A stretch of 64,000 bases of DNA, from the NCBI RefSeq assembly GCF_036321535.1, contig NC_087445.1, positions 18,910,001 to 18,974,000 of the forward strand, read 5' to 3'. The stretch comes from Camelus dromedarius. Its lineage: Eukaryota. Below the pieces are notes generated by a model. That model made no database searches. It saw only the letters and a list, made by a program, of their open reading frames with translations, and was not told the origin of the DNA. The translations under genes were made by a program, and so were the position numbers. Below are positions 1-13,650 of the stretch, one piece after another; positions within the stretch are counted from its first letter, which is position 1; each line of letters starts with the position of its first letter.

Positions 1-1784
1 CTAATCACCTTATAATATTATCTCCTTATAATTCTGATATAGATAAAATCATTAACACTCACCAAAAATCCCTTAGACAAATGGGGAAATGAAGCTTAGA
101 GAGGTTAACTTACCCCAAGGTCTTTCAGTTGTTGTGCTGGGTTGTAAGACACTGGTTTTACTTCTCAGTAACATTTTTCCGTAGTTTTGAAAGAAATTTT
201 CTGTAGGAGTATATTTTGTCTTTATAATCAGAACAAGATAATTTTACTTACAAGCAGAAAATTTTTAACATGATTAAATGTGTTTCCTTTGCAGGTAAAC
301 TACAGAAATAACTACTCTTGGCAAGTGGGAAAAAAATTTAAGTATGGATTTGCCTGGTTCAAAAATGGAATGTTTTTCTTAATGCACATGCATTTGATAA
401 TTAGGAAAAAAAAGCACCTTACATATTATTTTTAAATACACTCACATTTTGGAAAATGTGGAGAAAGCCATAATGATGGCAGTGTATGCCTTTCAAAGTT
501 CAATTTATTTCCTTTTATCATCCAGATTTTAGCTTACAGTCTGGCTTATTTGAAAAGTATTTGACAATATCTGTACATATGTGTATGCATAATACTTCTA
601 GTATTAACAAAAGTCATCTCTGGCATGTGGAATCATTGATAATTTACACTTTTTGTTCATTTTTGTTTTCCTGTACTTACTATAATAGACAAGAATTATT
701 TTTAGATCAGAAAAGCTAATAGAAGTTAACTTTTGAACTTATCAAAAACTAAAACAAGAAATAAAATGTTAACAGAATGCTGTGTGCTTGCAATTTTTAT
801 CCTTTTTAAAATATTTTTCCAGTCTGAATTTTCCGTAAAAAACTACCAGCTTATAAAAGAAAAACCTCTTTCCATTTAATTCAAAGTCACCTAAAATTTC
901 CATGCCTGTAAGGAAGGAATTCTAGATTTAATTAGTAGTATTAGCATAGCCATCAGCCAACTGTTTTATGATTACTATGAGACCTGTAGCTACAGAAAAT
1001 TATAGAGTAAAAAGATGAGAGCTGGGACATGTGAGGCTGGAGGTAGCAGGCATAGGTGGAGTAGTTAACTTACCAGGTTAAACGATAATTTGTTAACTAC
1101 AAAGCAACATGGTTAAACATAATAAAGGGCAGAAGTCTTTTTTCAACACGGGAAAGAGAAAAGCTTGTACAGAAGCAGAGCATCTCAGCACATCAGAATT
1201 AGCATCAAAAACCATGTAAAAAATAAAAGAACCGTAGCAAATTTATACCCAAAAGGTCAAAATACAAAAAGATAGACAAGTTTGACCTAAAAAAATAACT
1301 GGCTCTGCCTTTGTAAACCTCTAAGACTGAGAAAAAAAATAAATACAAGCGAATGCCAGTTAAATTATATTTATTATATAAAGAGATTCTATTACTTGAT
1401 ATGAAAAAAAAGAGCAACTCCAATATGTATTACAAGGGCAAATGACATGAACATTTGATCAAAGAGGAAACAGAACTACTCAAAAAATACAAATATTTAA
1501 ACTCACAATCAAGGAAGTAATTGGGATGCTCTTTCTTGCTTATCCAATGCACAAAGTTAATAGCAATTTCTACTTTTTCTATTTCCTAAATGTACTCAAA
1601 TGTGCTATTTTTAGTAATAAAAAATGAGTTTAAAAAATTAGAAGTATGAAAATTTCTGTCAATGCAGAAATCATAAAATGCATTAAAATGAATCATCACC
1701 TATATGGGCAGTAAGGTTCAGATCCCTTGAAGCCAATTGCTTTTGTCTTGGTTCCTGAGTTTTATTATGGGATTGTCAATAAAG

Positions 1785-2272
1785 AGGTTGTTTCTGATTT
1801 ACACTATGACAATCTCCCAAGTACAGGGACATAAATATGTATGTATGTAAATGATATATGTATGTAAATGATATATGTAAATTTTTTCTTCAGGTAGACA
1901 ATTATTCCAGGGAAGTACCTCTTTAGATTCTTCAGAATCACTCACTTCAGAGGGCTCCTTTGATTCCATTTGCTGATAAAGTCCCATTAAGATTCCCCCC
2001 ATGTGGTTCTCAACCAGTAGGGATGCCCTTGGTATTGAAGAGGCTGAAGATCTACTTCAGTACTGCCTGCAAGACAGCAGTATCCTAGGCTTTCTATAGC
2101 TGACTTCTTAGGGAATCTGAAGTTGGTCCTGTCCTTTAGACATAGCCAAAAGGACATTCTTCTGATTTCATACAAAACAGTACATCTCCTGCTTGCTTAG
2201 ATCATAAACTTGAGCCAGATCACACAAAGCTCAGGATGCACATGGGCTGGAGCAGAACCAGGGCAACCACCT
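1785..2272 (-). pseudogene. Degraded type I IFN pseudogene (alpha/omega-like), same strand as KLHL9 and downstream of it
   Basis: Minus-strand translation across frameshifts gives VVALVLL, CDLAQ, EIRRMSFWLCLKDRTNFRFP, LMGLYQQ, LKRYFPGIIVYLKK and PCTWEIVIV, collinear with IFN helices A-E. A TATG-rich tandem expansion at ~1835-1880 interrupts it. Confidence 0.75.
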
Positions 2273-3342
2273 CAAATCAAATAGTCATGTTTGAATGACT
2301 AAGTTGAGAGACTGAACTTAAAATCCTGTAACTTTGTTCAACATTTCTTTGCCTTTTCTCACGTAGTAAGTTTTACTGAACAAAAAGGTGGAAAATAGTA
2401 GAGCCTAAACTTACTTAGCAAAAGCAATTCTCTGAGACTTCAACTTTGCTAAATAACCTGTATAAAAGCGACGCTACAGAAAGCATACAAGCAGAAAAAG
2501 TAATGTAAGTTTCATGTTAAGTAACAATGTAGTCACATGGCAAATCTGGTTGTCAATTTAGTATGCTGTAGCCCTTATCTACATCAATTCACTAAGACTA
2601 CACACACATCTACTCTCTAGTAGTGAATTCTCATTTGAATAGAAACAGCTGCTAGGTGGAAGAATTTAAATTTAAAAACAACTTCACTATAGCTGAAGTG
2701 CCAAATTAAAAATTATGTATGTATGCATGTATATACATATGTAAGTGTGTGTGTGTGTGTTCTCTCTCCCCTCAGAAAGCGATACGAAACCCTGACGTAG
2801 GGTATACTGTTTAATATTTTTGAAATGATTATTTCTCTGGTCTCCCTAAAAATCTTCACCTATTCTGAATGTACTCACACAATCTGGTGAGTTGGCAGCT
2901 ATATGAAAATATGAAATTTCAAAATACGATAAAAGGGAGGTAGCTAATAAAACTTGGCGATCTTTTTTTATTATTATTTTAGATTAGAGCAGGTAGCCTC
3001 CCTTCAATGTTTTGCAAAGATGAAAACTCAACTTTGAAGCAAAATGAACAAAATTATACATTTACTACAATCACCTACAATTTGACTTACACAACACCAC
3101 AAAAAGACATCTAACAAACGTTTTTCTACTTATCTTTTTACTTGTGTTATAACAGCTGGCTATGTTGAATATATTTTCAGAATACATTTGTTAACCATTT
3201 GATAAACATACTAAGCCAAATAACACAAATAACAGCAATTACCTTTTTATCTAATAACTGTACCAATCACTGTAGGAAGATACAACCGAAGGGGAAGTAT
3301 GGGATCATTCATGACGCACTGCAAAGGTATTACACTTTAGTC

Positions 3343-5196
3343 CTAAGAATGATCTGAGGGTGCAGAAAGAGGTGACTCTCTAGAAGGTGACCCAGGGTTT
3401 TCTTCAGGTGGAAAAACTGTAAGAGTACAAGCTCGAATGCCACCAAGTGACTCTGGAAGGTCAAAAACTTTATGCCACTCATCCTTTTCTGGGTCATATT
3501 TCTGGACAATTTCTACCATACAACGATTATTCCAAGAATATCCACCTACAACATAGATTTTATTTTCAAAGACAGCAACTCCAACATCACTTTGACCTCT
3601 TAACATGGCAGNNNNNNNNNNNNNNNNNNNNNNNNNNNNNNNNNNNNNNNNNNNNNNNNNNNNNNNNNNNNNNNNNNNNNNNNNNNNNNNNNNNNNNNNN
3701 NNNNNNNNNNNNNNNNNNNNNNNNNNNNNNNNNNNNNNNNNNNNNNNNNNNNNNNNNNNNNNNNNNNNNNNNNNNNNNNNNNNGTCTGTATCGGGGTCAA
3801 AGCACATGAGCTCATTTTGGAAGGTGTCATGAGTAATTCCTCCTGAAATATACATTAAGCCTCCATACACTGTTCCAGCATGGCCGTAGTGGGGTTCACT
3901 CATTTTTGCAACATAGCTCCACTCATTCATTCTTGGATTGTAACATTCTACTGTGGCCAGTTCACCAGCTGCACTTCTCCCACCAACCGCATACAAGTGT
4001 CCTTTGAGAGCNNNNNNNNNNNNNNNNNNNNNNNNNNNNNNNNNNNNNNNNNNNNNNNNNNNNNNNNNNNNNNNNNNNNNNNNNNNNNNNNNNNNNNNNN
4101 NNNNNNNNNNNNNNNNNNNNNNNNNNNNNNNNNNNNNNNNNNNNNNNNNNNNNNNNNNNNNNNNNNNNNNNNNNNNNNNNNNNTAACGAGGCGCATCCAT
4201 GGGGGCTAAAGATCTCCACTCTTGAGCCCTTTCATCATACATGCGTAATTCTTTACTGACAACCAGCTGCTGCCTCAAAACCCCTCCTAATGTAACCAAG
4301 TGAGTCGNNNNNNNNNNNNNNNNNNNNNNNNNNNNNNNNNNNNNNNNNNNNNNNNNNNNNNNNNNNNNNNNNNNNNNNNNNNNNNNNNNNNNNNNNNNNN
4401 NNNNNNNNNNNNNNNNNNNNNNNNNNNNNNNNNNNNNNNNNNNNNNNAGGTCCTGTGGTGTCATCAGTGGGAAACGAATATTCTTCATTAATTTTGCAGC
4501 ATAATCCATCCGGGGGTCTTCCAACCTTAGCCAGCGACAGGCAGCCTTGAAGAGCTCAAGCTCAGTACAGTGCTTAAGACTATTGCTGGAAAGCACAAAA
4601 GCAAGCCGTTCAAAAGGGAGCTTTAGAAACTCCCCAGTACCCAACAATGCAGGAAAATTCTTCAGAATGAAATTATTGACATATTTATCTACTTCTATAA
4701 GATTGTAGGTGTTGGCAATTCGTCCAACTTCAACACAGTTATCTAAAGAGACTCCTGAAATAAGAAATACTTTACAGAAGTCTAAAACAGGTAAAATTTG
4801 TAAAAAGCTGGCAGCTTCAAGTGTGTCCTGAAGATTGTCCATATTAAGAGAAAGTTTTGCAGTATATATAAAATCAATTATTTTTTTCAGACCAACTTTG
4901 TTAACCCNNNNNNNNNNNNNNNNNNNNNNNNNNNNNNNNNNNNNNNNNNNNNNNNNNNNNNNNNNNNNNNNNNNNNNNNNNNNNNNNNNNNNNNNNNNNN
5001 NNNNNNNNNNNNNNNNNNNNNNNNNNNNNNNNNNNNNNNNNNNNNNNNNNNNNNNNNNNNNNNNNNNNNNNNNNNNNNNNNNNNNNNNNNNNNNNNNNNN
5101 NNNNNNNNNNNNNNNNNNNNNNNNNNNAGTTCCTGCCTTACAAGGCTGTAAATGGGCAGAGACGCCCATTTCACCGTTACCAAGAGACACTTTCAT
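3343..5196 (-). CDS. KLHL9: Kelch-like protein 9 (BTB-BACK-Kelch CUL3 adaptor), intronless, 617 aa
   Basis: Starts [23 protein letters not shown] at the ATG at 5196 and ends [15 protein letters not shown]. Kelch GG/Y/W repeats are visible. 1854 nt gives 617 aa, the known KLHL9 length. KLHL9 is known to lie inside the type I IFN cluster. Confidence 0.95.
3612..5127. other. Four N-masked blocks inside KLHL9 (3612-3783, 4012-4183, 4308-4447, 4908-5127)
   Basis: Runs of 172, 172, 140 and 220 N. The KLHL9 reading frame is preserved across all four. Confidence 0.95.
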
Positions 5197-5399
5197 GTGA
5201 AAGCCTTCCTCTTGCACAAAGATGTGTTCCGGACAGAGGTTTCTGAAAGCTTTAAAGGAAACGAGGATGTCCCAAGAGCAAGAGAGCTCGCTTTCCTTAT
5301 CAAGGGCAAACAGTCACTCAGAACACACCAGTCAACCACTGAAAACTGTTCTGCGGCCGTACCACAAAGGGCTACGGACCTCAAATCGGATTATTAAGC

Positions 5400-5900
5400 G
5401 GACGATTCATCACCTGAAGGCAGTTAAGGGACCCGGTTCACCTCGTCCGGCCTGCGCGGCTGCTCCTCCCGCAGTTCTGCTCCGGGCCAAGGGGGAGGTG
5501 CCGCCACGTCCTGAGGCTCCGTGGCTCGCTCGGCGGCGAGGCCCGGCACCTCAGAGAGCGGCCCGCTGCGCCCTCCGTTGTCCCTAAAGCGTCGCCGTGG
5601 CTACGGGCCCGTCCTGAAGCAAGGGCCTGGAACAGGGACCTGGGCCTGGAACACGGGCCGAGCCCCGGACGCCGAGCCGGTCCTTCCGGAAAGGCCTGGT
5701 CCCAGGATCCCCCGGGCTAGGAGCGGCCGTGGCCGCTACTGCGGCTGCGCGGCCCCGTGACACCACCAGTGGGCGGGCGTACGGAGTAGGGGGTGGGAGG
5801 AAATGCGCCGGGCATTGAAGGGCGGGGGCTGGGGAAGCGGGGCTGTGCAGGGTGGGCGCGAGCCGTGCCCTTGGTCACTTTGTACACGGGACTAAATAGG
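5400..5900 (-). promoter_or_regulatory. CpG-island promoter / 5' region of KLHL9
   Basis: Dense CpG and high GC immediately upstream of the KLHL9 start, with GC boxes (GGGCGG) near 5772 and 5820. Confidence 0.7.
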
Positions 5901-6759
5901 CCCGAACGGGTGGTGGTATATTATGCTGCATGTTTAGTATAAACCTTTCACGGCAGCTGAGTTCTCTCCGCAAAGGCATACTTTGAGATTTACACTTCCT
6001 GGCTTCTGCCTTTTGAGTAACAATGAAATGCGGCTTTTGGAGAAACTGAAAGGAAACCTAGCAGAAGGTATAGAGGAAAGATGCTTAAAGCTTTTACCCT
6101 ATTAAAAAAAACTGTAATTCTTACCCCATATAATTTAACTGACAACTTCAATTATAACTTTGGTTCATATTTTCAAATTTTAATCATTTAAAACATGTCA
6201 TTTGCCTCTTTTCACTGTGACAGCTTAATGTAAATAATACTGCCTGAATTTTTGCCTCGCAATGGAATTCCACTATAAGTAAAATTTTCGTGCTTTTATT
6301 TTCCATCACAAACGTTTAAACGGATCTGTAACTACGCATACTATAGCTTCCTTTTCCCATTATTTATTCCTGAATATATACCTTCTTGTCCTCCACTATT
6401 TTATAGACTCTGGGCACAAAACCTTCCCTGTTTGGGGATAAATCCTAAGCACAGAATACTGTTTGAAGACATAACTTTTTTCCCCAAAATACTGTTACCA
6501 GCAATGTTTGAGTGTGTATTTCGTCTCTACTGATCTTTCACTCTGTGGATGTTTCACTTACATTTTAAAAAACTGTAGTTAATTAACTTACGTTTTTAAA
6601 ATTACTAGTAAATTGAAATTTGCGCACGTGAATAATTATACTTTGACAAAATGGCTTCCAACACTTCCCACAGTTTGAAGTTATTACTGTCATTTAAATC
6701 CTTACAGTTTCTTTATGCATATGCAAACTACTAATAAATAGAAACATTAGATAATATTC

Positions 6760-6970
6760 TTTTATTACAGTATTTTTATATAATAGCATACATACTCACT
6801 GTTCTGCACCTATCTTTTTTAGCTTGGAGATCTTCTCATATTACTGTATAGAGAATTTCTTCATCTTTTTAAATAGTTGTATTGTTTCCCACTGAATGGT
6901 TGTGTCATACATTATTTGGCTAGTTCCCTACTGATGGACATTCAGCTGGTTCCAACTGTTTTCTGTTGTT
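6760..6970 (-). mobile_element. Old L1 (L1M-type) fragment abutting the 5' break of an IFN pseudogene
   Basis: Typical antisense old-L1 3' sequence (..ttccctactgatggacattcagctggttccaact..). Family assigned from memory. Confidence 0.5.
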
Positions 6971-6971
6971 T

Positions 6972-7336
6972 CTGGTGGGTGGCAGCAAGGTCCAGAAGGC
7001 TAGGATCACTGCTATCCTCCACCGGATGCTTCAGCAAATCTTCAAACTCTTCAGCATAAGAGATCGGTTGGAATATGATTGGCCTAGAAAAATTCTTTAC
7101 TGGACTTTATCAGCATTGGCAAGTCCTGGAGACCTGACTGGTGCAGGAGTTGGGATGGAAGGACTCCACCGAGCTGTGAAGACTCCATATGGCTGTGAAA
7201 AAGTACTTCTAAGGAATCGGTTTCTCTCTGGAAAAGAAAGAACAGAGCTGCTATACCTGGGAAGTTATCAGAGCAAGAAATCATGAAATCTTTCCGTCTG
7301 TTATCAGACTTGCAAGAAAGATTAAGAGCTAAGGAA
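6972..7336 (+). pseudogene. 5'-truncated IFN-alpha/omega-like pseudogene
   Basis: LVGGSKVQKARITAILHRMLQQIFKLFS, LEKFFTGLYQH, AVKKYF*GI and CYTWEVIRAEIMKSFRLLSDLQERLRAKE, with stops and frameshifts. Signal peptide and helix A are absent. Confidence 0.85.
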
Positions 7337-10300
7337 CCAGAAGTACGCTATTAAAGAAACAATTATTATGGACAGATATAACTCATCATACTCCCACAAG
7401 TTTAGTCATTTCAAAAGACTTTTTCTCTGACTTCATCATGAAATAAATGGATTAAATTTGTAAAAATATTTATTAGTAGTATTAAGGAACTATAAGTTGA
7501 AGCATATAGTTCATAGTGGGCACCAGATCATCATAGATAACCTTATTAATGTACTTAAGTACTTAACTATCTATTTTACTATATTTCAATACTTTTGCTT
7601 GTATCTGTGCTAATTACACAGAAGTGTTCATCTTTATATTTTTAAATTATCACTTAAAGGTTTACTTTCAAAAATTTTTGCACTTGTTTATTTTTAATAT
7701 ATTAATACCAAGACTGATTTTGCAACCTTAATTAAAGGATGGAGCTGCAGTTTATTCATTCATTTCATTCAAGTTATGTATCTAAATCACAGGTTCTATG
7801 ACTGCCTTCATAGGATAAAAAGGTGAAGAAAGAAAATGAAGTGCCAGCCCTCTTGAAACCTTCCTTTGTGCTGGAAGGAAATGTAAAAATATTAATCAAC
7901 CAATTAATTAATTTCAACTACATTATATACTAACACTGTAAGCAAAAGAAAAGAGGCTTCTGACACCAGAAACTGGAGGATGCAGGGACTCCAGGCCTTA
8001 ACATTGGATGTATAGTTCTAGAGCTTCCAGAGCGCGATGGCGAGATGTGTTAACTTGGGACTGGGGTTTCCTAGATCCTGAGAGCCCAGGAAGGAATGAG
8101 ATCCTCTAGAAACAGAATAGAAAATCAGAAGACCAAATGCTGAATCTTAGGGACCTTCACATTTTAATGTAGGGAAGAGGATAATGAGCCTGAAAAGGAC
8201 ACTGGAATGGACTGCAACACAACAGGAAGACAACCAGGAGACAATGGTGAGAAGATATTTCAGGGAAGAAATATATTTAAAAGACAATGTCTTATATTCA
8301 GGGAAAATGAGGGCTGTTTTCACAGAGTTAATTCCACAAAATCTAGATTGGAGTATAGTGACTAAGGTTAAGTAAGAGGAAAGGTTTTGAAGACAGAGTA
8401 GGTAGAAACTTCTTTTGGGAAGTTTATCTGTGAAAGGAAGAGAACTAGGGTAGCACCTGGAGAATGATAATGTGTGTTTATATTATTGGATGTAATTTTT
8501 AAAAAAATTTTTACATTTTTGGGGAGAAAGATTTCAAGTAATGGATGCAGTGGCACAAAGCATATAAAATCAGTATTTTATTTCTTTTAAACAACTGCTG
8601 ATGTAATAGGCTAAAATGTCAAGCATCATTGTTAAATCACTTTTAAATACTAGTGAGCTAGAATGCTTTTTCATTTGCTTTGTTTGCTATTTTTAGTTCT
8701 TTTAATGTTCATTTCATGACATTATCTAGTTTTGTACTGTCCTTATGAATTATGTTTTTATATATCCTTAATTCTTAAAAGTAGTTGGAAACCTTTTATG
8801 CAGATGGTAGCTATCGTCCTATGTTGCAACAATGGCTAAAATCAGTGTCTGAAATTGGAGGGAACCTCCCAGACTGGGAGGGGAAAGACGTATGTATTCT
8901 TTTGCTGATTCTGGCACCTGGCACACTTCTCCTGGTTCCTCTCCCTACTTTAAGTATTAAGTAGTATTAAGCAACTATAAGTTAAACATATAGATCTAAT
9001 TCCTAATTCCTTCACTTCTGTATCACAATAGTTTCCTTCCTCTTCAGGGCTGAAATGACCAGGGGCCCCTCTCCTTCACCCCTTTTCCTACTTGCACAAC
9101 TACTTCCTGTTCTGTTGTGGTTTCTGGCTTAAAGTTTTCCCAGATGGACTCAAAAAGAAAGTAAAAGTTGAGTAATATTTTCAGATTTTGTAGAAACCTA
9201 AGTAAGAGAAGTCTCATTTTTTAATGTTGAATACTTCTGAAACATGAGGGCCCACATAGTTCAAAGGAAGCAGAAAGCAGAGTCTAGTAACTGTGTGGGC
9301 TACGAAAACTCTTGGCAGGAAGAACAAATACAAAAACAAAACAACCCTACTGGCCAAATGCAACAGGGCCAGACACCAAGTCTGCGGAGGGCAGGCTTCT
9401 GGTCTGTGTAGCTGTGTTCCTTTTAGGGAATTTTCCCCCAGAGCTGATAAGAGGCTCTTTCCTGGCAGGAACTGACCCTAATAGTGGGATAAGCCTCTTG
9501 CCACAGTCTTTGTTATCAAGAGGAGTGTTCACCTTCAGGCAGGGCACAGCTCCTTTGAACCAGAGGCAGGTACGGTGAGAGAAAAAGGAGCCAAAGTAAG
9601 GTTCCTTCCTCCAACCTGCTTGCAGACCCAGGGTTCCTGATGAATGACTTGCTCCACAGACCGCCTGACAGTAGGCGGTGGGCAGGCCTGAATATCTGAG
9701 GGTAGAAACTACAATGGGATTTTGGAGAACGTTCTCACATTTGAGGGTGCACTGAATTTCTCTCTTAGGAGTAAATACCCAGTTTCACAAATTCATTTTT
9801 TATAATAGATCTTTCAACTTTATAATTAGGAAAATATGTTCACTATAACTTTGCATAAGGATTGCAACAGCCCTTTCTACCCTGCCACAGTAGCAAAAGG
9901 TAGCAGTCCCGCTCCACGTCTGCCTCCAAGTCCCTTTTTATTACTGGATCCCACAACATCTGAGGATCATTTTTACCCCACCACTTGCCTTTTACTTTCA
10001 ACCCACGGAACACACAGATGCTGGAACCTATTTCCCACTTTGTCTTTCAAAACTACCTTCTCCCTAACCTACACTTCCCAAGTCCATCTTTCTCTCTTCC
10101 ATTGCCCATGTTTCAAAGACTAATTCCATGGCCAAGGTTGCAAAGCTCCTTGGAAGAAACCCTCAAGCAGATCAGGGAGAAGTTATCACAAGAAATTCAG
10201 TCCTTAGGCTGGATAGCTCTTTCCCTGCACCCTCACCAGTAGCAAAAGAGGGCCAGATGACCAGGAGAGGGGCCTGCTCTAATTCTTCTCAAAGGCTTGC

Positions 10301-11744
10301 CGAATTAGCCCATCAGACAGGGAAGGATAGCAAACAGACAAGAATCTATCATCAACTCAGGAGAGAGAGGACAAGGAATTAGCAGAGACCCCTGCAAGCA
10401 AGTTGCCCCAGTTCCTGCTACAGGCTCCATGAAAGAGTAATGTTAAAAGCCAGATGAAGTGTCTGTGTCAGACGCTTCATCCACAGAAAATAGGGAAGGT
10501 ATACGAAGATCCACAGCACAAATCCATGGTGATGTCAGCCTCTTTTGAGAGCCTAAACCTACTAAAAATCAGAGCAGTCTTTATGAGTAAAAGGGTAGTG
10601 AAACTCAGAACAAGTCAGATATTGGCCAGATCCTAGAGAAGAAACGGAGGCTTATGCATGAGGTTAAGGAAAGAAAAGACATTGCACCCAGAAATTACTG
10701 TGATGACAAGCCCCTTCCTCCTCCCAAGGAAAGGTAAGGGTTGAGCGCCTCATCCTGCAGCCTTTAAGCAGGGTGTGAGGGTACCAGTGCCCCAAGCATC
10801 TGTGCCCTTTGTTCTACCCAAACTTCACTACATACTTTTCAGAGGTACATACCTCTCCACCTTTGCTGCCTGAAAACTTCCACATCTCTAAGAAGCTGGA
10901 TTCTTCTTGTATTGAAGGTAAACTCATGAACTGTTATTGCCTTTTGACCGATTCCCTGCACTTTGGTTTTATTTAACCCTAAATATGCTTGCTACACGAT
11001 GGCTATCTTCTGCCAACCTGGAATGTTTCAAGTTCAGAATCCAAAATAATGAGGAAAATTGCCACAAAAAGTTAATAGTGTTCATTATAGCACGACAAGT
11101 GCAATGAACTTCCATGCTAGGTAATGAAAAGACAAGTGATCTTAGAGTAAGCCAGTGGAAAGAGTGCTACACTTTATAGAACCATATAGATCGAATCATC
11201 TACACCTTATATATGTATTTCTTTTGTATACATTTCAAAAGATTAAGTTTTTAATAAGTGGAATTAAAACGTGTCACATTGTAGTCACTTAAGGAAGTGC
11301 CAGGGGGTATGTATACTATCTTTCAGTTGAAGACATGACCAGGCTCCATCAGCTTGACTGGGCCCTAAGGCAGAAAAAGAGCATATTCAGAAATGATTGT
11401 CTACATAGAGGAAGACAAGCAATCAGGAGAGAAACCCCTGTCCAGTCTTCTGCCCTACTTATCTAGTCATTATGTTAATTGTGTCCTTTCTATGTAATGA
11501 TACAAACTAAACTTTCATGAGAGAGAGAGAGAGGGAGGGAGAGAGAGAGAGAAAGGGAGAGGGAGAGAGACAGAGAGACAGAGAGGGAAATATCTCATTT
11601 TTTACTCCAAGAAGTAGCTGATCTAAATGGTCCATCTAGAAGAGTGGAAAGGCTAAAAAATAAAAAATAACTTAATCCCTTAGCAGAGCCATATGAACAG
11701 GGCTCCTTCGTTATTGTCAATGTCTGGGGCAGGGGTCAAAATAG

Positions 11745-12140
11745 AAGCTATCATATATGCTGCTGTGGGTCAGATGCCTGAGAAAGCAGACCGTGAGACA
11801 GAGACTGGCATGCAAGGAGTTTACGGGGAATGTGTAGATCAAGCACTGTGGCCAAGAGAATTTGAGCAGAAGCAGCTGCGCTGCAGTTTGTCACACAGGG
11901 CTTTAGCTAATCCCAAGGGAGCTCTGATGCTGGGATGACCCCGTAGCAGTAGAGTGCAGGGACCAGGCCTTTATACCCCCACACTGACCGGTAACTGGAT
12001 GAAGGCTGCTCCAGGAGAGGCAAATAATTTTGAGCTAAATGACTCACTTTAGCCAAGAGCACTTTCCAGAGAGGATCTATAGGCTGTGAGCTGCAGCTCT
12101 ATCAGCAGCTGGAGGGAGTAAGTCCTCAAGGTAGGTAAAT
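11745..12140. mobile_element. Old ERVL-type LTR remnant (LTR33/LTR16-like)
   Basis: Resembles the ERVL LTR start (..cagatgcctgagaaagcagaccgtgagacagagactggcatgcaagg..). Recognised from memory only. Confidence 0.35.
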
Positions 12141-13119
12141 CCACTTACCCATTTAAAGGGAGACTTGAATGGTGCATCAAACATCTATTATAAATGCCAA
12201 AGTGTTGGATTTTATTCATCAGATTATAGGAAACAACCAAACTGTAGAAATAATATGACTAGATTTGATTTGTAAACTAAATATATTGGCTCCATTCTTG
12301 ACCTAGGCAGTGCCTTGAAGAAGAGAGTCTTCCAGTTAGTTTCCTTAAGAAGGTGCCAGGGGGTTGGACAGGATGGTTCCACAGAATAATCTGTATTATT
12401 TCTCTGTAGGTATGTTCCAGTCTCCAAATTTCTAAATCATCTGCAAAAATAGTGCCATCTTTCTGACTCTTGTAACCCAGGTAAGAGACCTCAAAAATCC
12501 CTTTAGGAAGCCTAGAAAGATCCTCAAGAGATATGACTGCATAAACCTGGCTAACGGAGGAGCTGAATAAGCCTGGAAAGGAGTGTAATGGGAAGAAAAG
12601 AAGAATATCACGCTATCCAGTTATTGCCGCATTATCATTTGCAGAAATCAGTTCTGCAGTCTCTGTAAGGCATTTGTTCTTTCTTTTTCAAAAACTACAA
12701 AGACTGAATAAAACTGTGGGACAGGAAAAAAAAAAATCTCCTGTAATTTGGAAATGCATTAGGGGTAGGATGGAAAAAAGAATGTAAATCAAATTTATAT
12801 TCTGTTTCCCAAAAAAATTTCAGTAAGCTAAAATTACATTGTTTAAGATGGTAATTCTCTCAAACGAAAATGAGATAAGCAAAGAAGTAACTTTGACAAA
12901 ATTATTGCTGAATTTGCTTTCAAGAAAGCCCAGTAAATTATAACAAATACCGATTTTGGTATAAATAAAACGTTTAAAATTAAAAGAATCTGAGTTTTAA
13001 TACATCCACTTTTCAATATTTTTAAACTACTATAACGTTGTAGAAGCAGCTAACCATTAAAATTTAGTAAAATCATTTTAATAAAATTCGTGTCCAGATT
13101 GACGATGCCTTTCCCTTTC

Positions 13120-13650
13120 CTTGATTTCGACTTCCCGGAAACAACCCAGAATCTGTAAACACAGCACAACACGCCCTGCTACCGAGCCGTCAAGCCCCGA
13201 AGAAACCCACGCGGGTGTGAACCGCTCGGGCCAAAGCCTCCTGCCAGGAAGGGAAGGACGGGCGCGGGCAGGTGCGGAAAACGAAGGGCTCTGGGCGAAG
13301 CCGCGGCCGGCGGGGACCGGGAGGCCCGAGAAGGAAGCCGACTCACCGCTCTCGCCGCCCCCACGCGCTCGCGGGGCCCCGGCGGCGCCTCTCCCGGGCC
13401 GGGGCTCCTGCCCGCGGCGAACCCCACGTCCTCCCCGTGGCCGCAGCGCCCGAGTCCGTGGGGGCGGGACGCCCAGGCGGGTCCCGCGGGGTGGGCGGTG
13501 CCTGTCGGTCCGGTTCGGCGAGCTCGCGCGCCCCCTCCCGGCCGGCGGGGCGCAGTGAAGACAGCTTTGCGCGCATTGCTGAGCTAATGGCTCTGCTGCC
13601 CAGTTTTCCCTGCGGTCCAAGCAAAGCGCTGGATTCCTGGTCTCTCCGCA
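13120..13650. repeat. GC/CpG-rich triplicated element, copy A
   Basis: Core 13158-13508 is identical by eye to 29445-29795 and 56712-57062. Confidence 0.95.

Noticed and set aside
5197-5217. 7-aa N-terminal extension of KLHL9 in the ORF track
   Set aside because: It begins at GTG. The ATG at 5196 reproduces the known N-terminus and length.
9985-10636. Cluster of short ORFs
   Set aside because: No recognisable protein or retroviral motif. Possibly old ERV-derived sequence, but I cannot support that without a search.
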